Assembly: GCA_022709755.1 (NCBI GenBank)
Contig: JAKLIF010000009.1
Coordinates: 10,694 to 74,693, forward strand
DNA length: 64,000 nucleotides
From: Elusimicrobiota bacterium
GTDB lineage: Bacteria; Elusimicrobiota; Elusimicrobia; FEN-1173; JAKLIF01
Reading direction: 5' to 3'
The notes below the pieces were generated by a model. That model saw only the letters and a list, made by a program, of their open reading frames with translations. It was not told the DNA's origin and did not search any database. Position 1 is the stretch's first letter; each line of letters begins with the position of its first letter. A program made the position numbers and the translations under genes. Shown here one piece after another: positions 54,962 to 63,734 of the stretch.

Positions 54962-57228
54962 CGCTCCAATCCCCCCATCCACCGGAACTCCGCCGTATAG
55001 CGGCCTCGTTCATCCTGAAACCACAAGTGTTCGGGATCGGGAAACATCTCCACGATCCGAACCCGTTCACACTTTTTGATCATCTTCGCGAGGACTTCGA
55101 TCAGGAAATAATTCTGGAAATCCAGCAACACCGGTTTCCGCTCCCCGTGGACGCGCACAAACACGTGCCGGGGAAATCCATGATCCCTCCGGAACCGGCT
55201 GAACTCGCGCAGAAGGTCCAGCCCCCGCCGTCCGAAGTCATAGGCCCCGAGGTCGTCCCGGTTCAGTAGCCACTGTTCCCGTTGCAAGACGGCCTTTTCG
55301 ATCTCGATGCGCGGGCAATGTTTCGGCGATACTCCGGCCAGATACGCATGGGGATAGACCAGGTCTCCCAGAGCTCCCTGCCCCATCGAATCCCATTTTA
55401 GGTCCACCGATTCACAGAGGGATCCGTCCGTCGCGTTCCGTATCAGGATCCGCCCGCCACGGACGACGGCTTGGAGCTCCCCGGCGGGGGTCCTGTTCGC
55501 GCAACGCACGGGCAGACTGCATCGTGTGGTCTCATCGACGATATCGGCCCCCTCGATCGCCACATACCGAAAAGGCTGTTTCCCGTCATAGTAGCACCGG
55601 AACGCATACCGCTCCCCGCCCCCCGTGTATCGACGGAGATACCGGGTCAAATCCCGCGGCGAGCCCCGCATCCAGGCGAAGGCGATGTAGTGATTCGAAA
55701 ACAGAACATCCGTCTTATAATGATGCTCACCGAGAACCCACTGATAATTCCCTCTTTCAATCTCTCGCCGATTTTCGGCGGACAAAAGGATGTCCCAGGA
55801 AACCGCGAACCGTTCCGACAAGACACCTTCCGAGGCGATCATGTCATCCAGAAAATCAAAGTCAGCCAGGCGGCAGGAGATGACATGCCCGTCCATCCGC
55901 GTCCCGAACAACCGTTCCATCCTCTTCGTGATCTCCAGATGAATCCTCTGTCCGGACGGGGTATGGGCCGGATGAGAGCGCTGATATTCCTCCCACTTCC
56001 CGATCAATTCCCCCCACCACACGTTCCCCCTTCGCCCGTCGATATAGTCTTTCAGATAACCCCGGGCGTCCCTCACACGCGCCATCGTCTGCAACAGGCA
56101 CAGCTTCCAGTGGACCGACAGCCACTTTTCCACGTCGCGGCCCAATTCCCCGCCGAGGGTCAACGCCGCATTCCGGTGGGCTTCCTCGAAATACAACCGA
56201 CGGCCCACATAGATCTTGCCGCTCGTCTCCCGGACCGCCCGTTCACCCGTCAGTTGGGCGAAATCGTCCATCATCTTCTGTTCCAGGGCGATTTTATCTT
56301 CCAACGATCGAGCGGCGATTTCTTTTTCAGCCTTCCGGAACCGCCCCAGCACGCCGAGCCAATGGCGCCGTCGAGGATGTATCCTTGGGAGATCCTTAAC
56401 CCATTGGATCAGTTCACCCAATGAATCCGCCCTTCCGCGGCAAACATAGAGCCCCTGGGTGAGCAAACCCTTGGCAATCACGCCGGCGAGAGCCGCCCGG
56501 ACTCCTTCTTCTCCCGACGAGGGAGCCAAAGCCCGTTGAACACCGCCGACCGTGCCCCCCCCGGCGGCCAATGACAAGCAGGCGCATTCGATCCGGCTCA
56601 ACCGCCCCGTGAGATCCTCCTCCGCCCGATAGACATGCCCCCGTGAGATCCTCAGATCGTGAGCGAGCCGGATCGGCAGGAATTCCCGAAGGGCCTCATC
56701 GGAACCGATCGCGCGGGCCAACGCCTCGACGGCCCACGTCTCCATAAAAGCCCGACGTTTCTTCAACCACCCGCCGACACCCCTCGTCAACCGCAAGGAT
56801 GCCGTCGCCTTCCCGCTTCGTTTCCCCCAAAAAATCGGACCGAAATAGGCATGTGTCTCATTCTTGCCGCAGAAGCGCTGGAGATACAGGATCAACTTAT
56901 TGTCCGTCACCCGATCATGCTTATTCCTCGTCCTCTTCCCATCGTTTTCAAAATCCTTCATCATCCGCCGATAGACGCCGCTGTTCTGCAAATAGACGGC
57001 CTCCCCCAGATCGGCTCGCAGGAAAATCCCGTGGAGCGCCTTCTGTTTGTCCGACAATTCATCGCGGAATATACGGGCGATCTTCTCCTCGTCGACACAA
57101 GAAGCCGCCCCCCGTATCCCCTCCCACGCGCGATAGGTTTTATCGAATGAAAACCGCTCCATCAACTCATACTCCATCCCGGTCGTGCGCACCACGAATT
57201 CGGGCATGAAGCTCCACCGGGATTTCAT
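54958..57228 (-). CDS. LanB-N-terminal-like protein, paralogue of 52721..54961
   Basis: 756 aa from ATG 57228 (ATGA overlap). It is collinear with its neighbour along the whole length: FMPEFVVRTTGMEYELM, ILYLQRFCGKNETHAYFGPIFWG, GGELGRDVEKWLSVHWKL, HAYLAGVSPKHCPRIEIEKAVL, GFPRHVFVRVHGERKPVLLDFQNYFLIE and RYTAEFRWMGG. Confidence 0.55.
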   Translation of the reverse strand: MKSRWSFMPEFVVRTTGMEYELMERFSFDKTYRAWEGIRGAASCVDEEKIARIFRDELSDKQKALHGIFLRADLGEAVYLQNSGVYRRMMKDFENDGKRTRNKHDRVTDNKLILYLQRFCGKNETHAYFGPIFWGKRSGKATASLRLTRGVGGWLKKRRAFMETWAVEALARAIGSDEALREFLPIRLAHDLRISRGHVYRAEEDLTGRLSRIECACLSLAAGGGTVGGVQRALAPSSGEEGVRAALAGVIAKGLLTQGLYVCRGRADSLGELIQWVKDLPRIHPRRRHWLGVLGRFRKAEKEIAARSLEDKIALEQKMMDDFAQLTGERAVRETSGKIYVGRRLYFEEAHRNAALTLGGELGRDVEKWLSVHWKLCLLQTMARVRDARGYLKDYIDGRRGNVWWGELIGKWEEYQRSHPAHTPSGQRIHLEITKRMERLFGTRMDGHVISCRLADFDFLDDMIASEGVLSERFAVSWDILLSAENRREIERGNYQWVLGEHHYKTDVLFSNHYIAFAWMRGSPRDLTRYLRRYTGGGERYAFRCYYDGKQPFRYVAIEGADIVDETTRCSLPVRCANRTPAGELQAVVRGGRILIRNATDGSLCESVDLKWDSMGQGALGDLVYPHAYLAGVSPKHCPRIEIEKAVLQREQWLLNRDDLGAYDFGRRGLDLLREFSRFRRDHGFPRHVFVRVHGERKPVLLDFQNYFLIEVLAKMIKKCERVRIVEMFPDPEHLWFQDERGRYTAEFRWMGGLER

Positions 57229-59375
57229 GGGCGGCCCCAGACACGAACCGAAACCATCGAATCGCCATCGTAACAACTACCGACTTCAGGACTCATCATG
57301 GAGCGGACATCGACATCGATCGTTTCAATCCTTCGCGCTCCCCGTTGTTTCATCCCCGTATCGACGGCCTCCCAGTCCCCTCCCCGGAGACCGCCGGCCC
57401 AATCCATCCACACGACGACACCGTCCGCCGGCAGGACGTCCATACCCCAATCCAACACGTTATCGAAGACGCCTCCCCCCGATAACCGATCCAAGAGGCC
57501 AGCCGCCACGATCGCGCCGTACTTTTTCCCGAGAGGCTGGCGAATCAACTCATCCAATGGAGTGATCCTCACATTCCCCCAAACCGAGCTGAGCATCAAC
57601 AAATAGGCTTCGTCGAAATAGTTGTCCGTCAAACTGACGCCATCGACTCCATATCCGCCCAGCCTCAACTCTCCGACGGCCGACACGACATTTTCCCCCA
57701 GCAACAGGTATTCCACTCCGACTTCCGGCACCGAGGGATAGACCTTCTTCAGGAGGACCGCCATGAAATCCCGCATCACATACTTCCTCATCTCCGCACG
57801 GATCTGGCGCAGTCCAGGTTCCACCACCCGACTGCCGGGAGGAGTCGTCTCCTTAAGGAATCCAGCCAGCGTCCGAAACAGGGACAATCTCTTTCGCAGG
57901 GGAATCGAATACTCATTGCCATAATCCGCCAATTCGTTGTAATCCGTCAAGAAACCGTCGGAACCGTCCCATTCCTTCTCTTTCCGGAGCCGCCCGATGA
58001 ACTCCTCACAGACGCTCCAGGATCGTTGCGGACCCGCCGCCGTTCCCATGTCCTTCAATATCTTGAGAGCCCCCGGCGTCATTTGAACGAACTTAAAATA
58101 TCGCTGCATGTCGACCGTCTGCTCCACTTCCCGAGAAGAATAGGTGGATGAAGACGAAAAAGAATTGGCGCCATCCTCAGTGTATCGATAACTGTAATGA
58201 TCTCGCCGGTTCCAAAGAAGGGTCCCGGGATATAAGCCGGTCTGATGAACGATCATTTTTCCGACAGGATGAGAGAGGGCCCAATCCATCATGTTCGCAT
58301 GTTTCCCCGGACTATCTCCCGGCAGTCCGAACATGAAATGGGTCTGTATCCTGAGCGACGGGGCCTCACGGCCCAGCCGCCCCAAAGTATCCTCCACGCG
58401 GCGAAGATGGAAGGAGCGGCCGACGGCCCGATGGATCTCCGGGTCGACGGCCTGTATCCCCAACGACAACTCCATATTCCGCACATTCAAATGCGGCAAA
58501 AGTTCGGATGAGATATTCTCGGGGTTTCCGATCATCCGGATCAAGACATCCCGACCACTGGACAATTTTTTAAATTCCCCGAGGAATTCGATCAGATATT
58601 CCGGACTCATATAGGGGTCTGCCGCCGAAAGATAAAAATATCCCTTTCCCTTCTTCGCAAGGATATACTCTATCTCGGACAAGATGCGGTGTGTCGAAAA
58701 ATACCGGGGTTTTTGCCGGCTCCAACTGCAATAGGCGCATCCGATGGGACACCCACGTGCCATTTCGACGATATAGGTCAAGCGGTCGTATTCCGACAAA
58801 TCGATGCCGCCCGTGAGATAGACCGAAGGAATATCATCCAGGGACCCCGACAAGAGGCGCTGTTCCGTCTTCCGATAACGATTCCCGTCCCAAAACACGA
58901 CCCCCCGGATCTTCTCACAACAGAGTGCCCCTTGGAGATGCGCCCCCACTATTTCCGAGAACGCTGCTTCCCCCTCGCCTTGCACCGCCACATCGAACCA
59001 TTTTTCAGTCTCGGTCTCCTCGACTCCCCAGGCACAGGGGCCTCCGATGACGAGCGGGACGCTCCTATTCCGAACCCTCAATGCTTTCGCCACCTTTTTC
59101 ATCGCAGAGAAATTCCACACATAACATGAAAGACCGACCAAATCCGGATCCAGGGAGACGATCTTTTCGACATACTGATCGATTGAGAGCGGGGCGCTGA
59201 AATCATCCTCCACGATCCGGACGTCGCAATCCCCTCCTCCGGGCGCCCGATCCCTCACATAAGCGGCCATGGTTCTCAATCCCATCAAGGGGATCCCGCG
59301 ACGCGCCCTCGTTCCCGCCAACACCGCCCTGTATTTATTCATCGACCCGATGACTCTCAATCGATTTTCCGCCAT
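57225..59375 (-). CDS. Class B radical SAM protein with C-terminal degenerate methyltransferase-like domain (paralogue 1, most divergent)
   Basis: 716 aa. B12-domain-like segments are DLVGLSCYVWN and LVIGGPCAWG. The triad is ARGCPIGCAYCSW (nt 58728-58751), followed by FMFGLPGDS. The tail is EYLLLGENVVSAVGELRLGGYGVDGVSLTD ... LPADGVVVWMD. Confidence 0.8.
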   Translation of the reverse strand: MAENRLRVIGSMNKYRAVLAGTRARRGIPLMGLRTMAAYVRDRAPGGGDCDVRIVEDDFSAPLSIDQYVEKIVSLDPDLVGLSCYVWNFSAMKKVAKALRVRNRSVPLVIGGPCAWGVEETETEKWFDVAVQGEGEAAFSEIVGAHLQGALCCEKIRGVVFWDGNRYRKTEQRLLSGSLDDIPSVYLTGGIDLSEYDRLTYIVEMARGCPIGCAYCSWSRQKPRYFSTHRILSEIEYILAKKGKGYFYLSAADPYMSPEYLIEFLGEFKKLSSGRDVLIRMIGNPENISSELLPHLNVRNMELSLGIQAVDPEIHRAVGRSFHLRRVEDTLGRLGREAPSLRIQTHFMFGLPGDSPGKHANMMDWALSHPVGKMIVHQTGLYPGTLLWNRRDHYSYRYTEDGANSFSSSSTYSSREVEQTVDMQRYFKFVQMTPGALKILKDMGTAAGPQRSWSVCEEFIGRLRKEKEWDGSDGFLTDYNELADYGNEYSIPLRKRLSLFRTLAGFLKETTPPGSRVVEPGLRQIRAEMRKYVMRDFMAVLLKKVYPSVPEVGVEYLLLGENVVSAVGELRLGGYGVDGVSLTDNYFDEAYLLMLSSVWGNVRITPLDELIRQPLGKKYGAIVAAGLLDRLSGGGVFDNVLDWGMDVLPADGVVVWMDWAGGLRGGDWEAVDTGMKQRGARRIETIDVDVRSMMSPEVGSCYDGDSMVSVRVWGRP

Positions 59376-59392
59376 CGCACGACCGCCGAACG

Positions 59393-59424
59393 GGACAAAT
59401 GAACCGTCGACGGTTCATTTGTCC
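59393..59424. repeat. Perfect 32-bp palindrome (16+16, centred on GTCGAC) at the junction between two radical SAM genes
   Basis: ggacaaatgaaccgtc|gacggttcatttgtcc, verified base by base. It covers the TGA stop (59415-59417) of the upstream gene and ends 18 nt before the ATG (59375) of the downstream gene. No U-tract follows it on the coding (minus) strand. Confidence 0.95.
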
Positions 59425-61532
59425 TTCTCCCACAAGAATGAAGACACCCCCGACGCGACCGGTCGGGAAGCGATATATCTGTACCCCAGGGTTTTCAAAA
59501 TCTCCGGGAAACGCTGTCCCCCGTCCGCGTAAACCGCGTCCCGCTCCAGAAAAATCATCGAACCTCCGACCGCCAGTCCGTTCACTTTATCGACCGATCG
59601 GGGATCCCGGGACAATCTCTCCCACATCTCCTCAAAAATGACGGTCCGCCGGTTCTCTTCGGGAAGCGCGGCTCCGAGGGCCGCATAATCCAGGACACGG
59701 ACCGCATCCCATTGACGGCTATACGCCAATTGCAGTATCGACTGATGGGCCTTTTCCGTCAGATCCAATCCCCGCAACGTCCACCCCTCGCCGTTCAAAA
59801 TCTCCACTGTCCTCACCAGGTCACTCCCCACCAACAGGGCCGCAGGAACCCCCGTCTCCCCTTCCGCAATCTTCTTAAGATACCCCGGCAATTCCATCAA
59901 CCACTCGTAACGACGCCGCTGTCGATCGATGATCGCCCGCCAATGGCCCGGCGGCAAACCGAACTCCCCTTCAAGAGACTCGCCATACCCCTTCAGTCCC
60001 TTGAGAACTTCCACCCGCTCCTCCAGGGTGAACGTATTCTCTCCCCCATAATAAAGGCCCCTCCGGCTCCAGTCCATCTCCCGTCGCCGGTCGAGGCTTT
60101 CGCTCATATTTCCCCGCTCTCCGGTCAGATATTCTTTTAATTTTTGATACAGGACCACGTTGGCGTTCCGAATTCGTCCCGACAGGGCTCGTCCCCATCC
60201 CGCCAGCAACGACCTTACGACGGGAATCGTCCTAAACAGATCGATGTATAACCCAAGTTCCTGGGCTCGATCCAGATCCCCTCTGGAGAAGGTGGGGGTC
60301 TCCATGACCTGGTTGAACAAACGCGGTTCATATTTCAATCCATATTCGTCGCGCTTTTCCCACAGTTCCGTTCCGGGCAGCAACCATGTCCGATACACGA
60401 TGATCTGGTTCACATCGAACGACAGACACCAATCCAGCATGTCGATGAACGCCTCGTAAGTGTCTTTCGGCAACCCGAGCATGATCTGAAGCGAGATATC
60501 GGCCCGGGTCAGCTTCGGCAACAGCCGTGACAGTTTCGTCTCTGCTTGCGCCTTGTCGAAACGGCGGGAGATGACCCGCAGCACTTCTGGATTGATGTTT
60601 TGAATGCCGAACGCGAGACGGATCCGAGGGGAATCCATCCAAGCGGTCATCTCCTCCTTCAAATGGAAGAGGTTCCCGGTCAGAGCCAGGACGACGTTCT
60701 TATCAGGGGCCAGCGTCGCAAAGCGGTCGAGGATGGACTTAAAATACTCCCCGTTCATGAACGGATCCGAATCGATGACGGTGATAAATCCCTTCCCCCG
60801 TTCGCGCAGGACATGTTCCATCTCCGCCATCACTCTGTCACCCGAAAAATATCTGGGGCGCTGACCATTGCCGGGACGCTGACAGAACGCGCATGAAAAG
60901 GGGCATCCCCTGGACGTCTGGATGAAGTTGGAGACGGACCGGGCTTTTTTCAGGTCGATCCCCCCGTCGAGATAGGGAGATGGGATGTCATCCAGAGTCC
61001 CGATCGGAGGGCGCGCAGGCGACTCGATGATCCGGTTGCCTTTCCGATACGCCAATCCGGCGACCGACGACTCGTCCTCGTCGTCCCCCCACCGCCGGAG
61101 CAGTTCCGCGAAGGTCACCTCTCCCTCTCCGCGCACGACCACATCGGCCCAGGGCGTCTCCCTCAAAACGGCGGCGGCGTCATAGTCGACATTCGGCCCC
61201 CCCAATACGATCTTGGCCGTCGCGTTTCGATCGCGCACGAGTCGACCGACGGCGTCCACTCCCGGCATGTTCCCGATATAGCATGAAAACCCGATGATAT
61301 CGCCGCCCTTCAACACATCCGCCACCCGCTCCACCTCTCCATCGCGGCGGCAGGAGAATTCCTCGACGACGATTTCATAACGGGCCCTGATGCGTTCGTC
61401 GGACATCGCGTAGGCGCGCAGATAGGCCAAGCTGAGGAATGGAGGCCAATGATCCCCCGAATACATGCCGACCAAAAACACCTTTTTACGCCGGGGCGGC
61501 CCCTGTCGGCGCGCTCCTTCCCGTTTCGTCAT
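59415..61532 (-). CDS. Class B radical SAM protein with C-terminal degenerate methyltransferase-like domain (paralogue 2)
   Basis: 705 aa with KKVFLVGMYSG...FLSLAYLRAYA, DIIGFSCYIGN and IVLGGPNVDY. The triad is SRGCPFSCAFCQR (nt 60882-60905), followed by IMLGLPKDT. The tail is ALLVGSDLVRTVEILNGEGWTLRGLDLTE ... LAVGGSMIFLERD. Confidence 0.8.
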   Translation of the reverse strand: MTKREGARRQGPPRRKKVFLVGMYSGDHWPPFLSLAYLRAYAMSDERIRARYEIVVEEFSCRRDGEVERVADVLKGGDIIGFSCYIGNMPGVDAVGRLVRDRNATAKIVLGGPNVDYDAAAVLRETPWADVVVRGEGEVTFAELLRRWGDDEDESSVAGLAYRKGNRIIESPARPPIGTLDDIPSPYLDGGIDLKKARSVSNFIQTSRGCPFSCAFCQRPGNGQRPRYFSGDRVMAEMEHVLRERGKGFITVIDSDPFMNGEYFKSILDRFATLAPDKNVVLALTGNLFHLKEEMTAWMDSPRIRLAFGIQNINPEVLRVISRRFDKAQAETKLSRLLPKLTRADISLQIMLGLPKDTYEAFIDMLDWCLSFDVNQIIVYRTWLLPGTELWEKRDEYGLKYEPRLFNQVMETPTFSRGDLDRAQELGLYIDLFRTIPVVRSLLAGWGRALSGRIRNANVVLYQKLKEYLTGERGNMSESLDRRREMDWSRRGLYYGGENTFTLEERVEVLKGLKGYGESLEGEFGLPPGHWRAIIDRQRRRYEWLMELPGYLKKIAEGETGVPAALLVGSDLVRTVEILNGEGWTLRGLDLTEKAHQSILQLAYSRQWDAVRVLDYAALGAALPEENRRTVIFEEMWERLSRDPRSVDKVNGLAVGGSMIFLERDAVYADGGQRFPEILKTLGYRYIASRPVASGVSSFLWEKDK

Positions 61533-61592
61533 GCCGGATATCTCATCCTTTCACTTTTCGCAACAGCCTATCAGCCATAACTGTTCCCGCCA

Positions 61593-63734
61593 TCAACTCT
61601 TCTGGAGGATACGCATCACCGGAGCAGGACCGTCTCCCGCTGAATCCCCCCGAAAGCGGTCATTCTTGACATCGATATATCCGCTCTCCGACAGGCGATC
61701 CTCGATCCCCGATCTCTGTCCCGTCACGTTACTGTCCCGAATAAAAACAACAGTCCCTTGCGCTACCAGATTGGCATCGATATAGGCCTTTATCCCGTCC
61801 ATCCACGCTTTCTCGCCATAATCCCGTCCCGTCAGATCCACCAGGATCAAGTCCCGAAGGCCCTCCGACCGTAGAGTCGGCAGATCCGCGGCACAGACCA
61901 CGCGGACTTTATCCCAATGGCGGCTCAGGATCAGAGCTCTGGTGGCATAATAGGGACGGTCAGTCGTATCGATCCCCTCGATACCGAGACCTTCATCCCC
62001 CAATTGATCTATGACCGGGTAGATGTCCGCGCCCAGGAATACGGGTCGTGAAACGGAGGAGCCCTCCTCGGGCCCCTTCCAGCCGGAGAGAATACTCCGC
62101 ACCCAGTCGGGCCGACGATGGTTCCACTCATACCGTTTTCTCTCGATCTTGATCGATTCTTCTATCGAAGGCCAGTGGGCCTCCGACTGATGCCGGATCA
62201 GCAGGAGACGGGCGTATTCAGACAGTTCCTTCAGCAGCGCTATCCGCAAATCATGCTCCAGTGTCGCTTCGTTTCCCCAATAAACTCCCCGCCGGCTCCA
62301 ATCCATCGCATGATCCAGAGACAACCGCTCCGCCACCGGTGACCCGGGACGCATCGTGTATTCCAAAAATTGTTCGTACACGGCCAGATAGGAGTGTTCC
62401 ATCCGTCCTTCCAATATCCCGCCCAATTCCCCCAGGATCCGTTTAACCATGGGCAGGGTGCGGAAAAGATTGATATAGGTGCCGACACGGAACGCCTGAT
62501 CCATCTCCTTTCGAGGGAAAGTGGCGGTCTCATATATCTCATTCAGTGATTTCGGTTCGTGTTGGAGCCCGTAATCCCCACGAATATCCCACATCCCGCT
62601 CCCGGGCAGGAGATTCGTCCTAAACACGGACACCTCCGGCATTCTCCATGACAAACCCCAATTGAGGCTCTGGCGAAAACCTTCGGGAGTATCCCCCGGC
62701 AACCCGAGCATGAAATGAAGTATCTTCAGGCTCTTGGGAGATTGCTCGTCGATTTTCCGCAACACTGCCTCGGTTTTTCCCTTGTCGAAACCGCGCGTCA
62801 CGATCTTCAGACATTCCTTATTGGTGCTTTGGATGCCCAACGCGAGGATGATCTGAGGGGAATCCGTGGCAGGCAACAAACCGTCCTTGATATGGATGGG
62901 GTTCCCGTTCGCCAACAGGAGCGCGTTCCTCCCTTTCGCCATCGACAAAAATCCGCTCAATATCTTTCGATAGTGGCTCTCGTTCATGAACGGATCCGCT
63001 TCGATCAACACGAAAACCCCCTTCCCTCTCTTCCGGAGGATATATCTCATCTCCTCCGTTACCCTGTCGATCGGAAAATAGCGGGGTTTATGACGTTGAC
63101 CGGGGCGCTGACAATATTTACATGAGAACGGACAGCCCCTGGAAACCTCGATAAAGTTGAAGACCGTTCCCACGTGATCCAAATCGATCACCCCGGTCAG
63201 ATAGGGGGACGGAAAACGGGACATATCGTCAGGGATCGGACGGTCCTCCGTCGACCGGACATCCTCTCCATCACGAAAAGTCAGTCCCTTGATCGCGCTC
63301 AGTCCCCCGGATCCCATCCTCGCTTTGATCAGTTCCAAAAACGTCTCTTCTCCATCCCCCCTCACCACCATATCCGCCCACGGCGAATTCCCCAGCACCC
63401 CGGCGGGATCCGCATAGGCACTGGGGCCGCCTAGCACGATCTCGGGAGAATCGGGACTCGCTCCCAACAGCCGCCCCACGGTTTGGACCTCGTCCATATT
63501 CCAGATATAGCACGTGAACCCGATCAGATCCGGCTTCTCCGCCATCACCCCGGACACGATTGATGCGGGACCGGTATCCTTATCATAAAAATATTCCTTG
63601 ATGACGATCTCGCATCCGTCCCGCACCGCCGCATCGGCCATGGCGTACGCCTTCAAACTGGGCAAACTCAGGAAGAGATGCCCGCGTTGGGTCTGGATCC
63701 CGACCAACACGATCTTCATCTTCCGCAAGTTCAT
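61593..63734 (-). CDS. Class B radical SAM protein with C-terminal degenerate methyltransferase-like domain (paralogue 3)
   Basis: 713 aa from ATG 63734 (ATGA overlap with the upstream stop; the track start is 63755). It has MKIVLVGIQT...FLSLPSLKAYA, DLIGFTCYIWN and IVLGGPSAYA. The triad is SRGCPFSCKYCQR (nt 63111-63134), followed by FMLGLPGDT. The tail is VFLGADIYPVIDQLGDEGLGIEGIDTTD ... VAQGTVVFIRD. Confidence 0.8.
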   Translation of the reverse strand: MNLRKMKIVLVGIQTQRGHLFLSLPSLKAYAMADAAVRDGCEIVIKEYFYDKDTGPASIVSGVMAEKPDLIGFTCYIWNMDEVQTVGRLLGASPDSPEIVLGGPSAYADPAGVLGNSPWADMVVRGDGEETFLELIKARMGSGGLSAIKGLTFRDGEDVRSTEDRPIPDDMSRFPSPYLTGVIDLDHVGTVFNFIEVSRGCPFSCKYCQRPGQRHKPRYFPIDRVTEEMRYILRKRGKGVFVLIEADPFMNESHYRKILSGFLSMAKGRNALLLANGNPIHIKDGLLPATDSPQIILALGIQSTNKECLKIVTRGFDKGKTEAVLRKIDEQSPKSLKILHFMLGLPGDTPEGFRQSLNWGLSWRMPEVSVFRTNLLPGSGMWDIRGDYGLQHEPKSLNEIYETATFPRKEMDQAFRVGTYINLFRTLPMVKRILGELGGILEGRMEHSYLAVYEQFLEYTMRPGSPVAERLSLDHAMDWSRRGVYWGNEATLEHDLRIALLKELSEYARLLLIRHQSEAHWPSIEESIKIERKRYEWNHRRPDWVRSILSGWKGPEEGSSVSRPVFLGADIYPVIDQLGDEGLGIEGIDTTDRPYYATRALILSRHWDKVRVVCAADLPTLRSEGLRDLILVDLTGRDYGEKAWMDGIKAYIDANLVAQGTVVFIRDSNVTGQRSGIEDRLSESGYIDVKNDRFRGDSAGDGPAPVMRILQKS

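Noticed and set aside
52718-55000. A 760-aa plus-strand ORF exactly mirroring the 753-aa minus-strand LanB-like ORF.
   Set aside because: It is a same-register antisense frame. Such frames stay open in GC-rich genes that avoid TTA/CTA/TCA codons. Its product is Pro/Arg/Gln/Ile-rich with no recognisable motif. The minus-strand product has a normal composition, a full-length paralogue next door and operon-consistent ATGA junctions. The paralogue's antisense frame is broken into pieces, which argues against selection on the antisense frame.
59335-59418. A 27-codon minus-strand ORF (MNRRRFICPVRRSCDGGKSIESHRVDE) starting by ATGA overlap at the stop of radical SAM paralogue 2. I considered it as a possible precursor peptide.
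   Set aside because: It overlaps the first 14 codons of the next gene out of frame. Its ATG is a by-product of the palindrome sequence. There is no leader-like or core-like feature I can defend.
61543-61578. An 11-codon ORF (MADRLLRKVKG) in the 58-nt gap between radical SAM paralogues 3 and 2. I considered it as a mini-precursor.
   Set aside because: It is too short, has no SD, and its stop lies within the SD region of the next gene. It is indistinguishable from chance.
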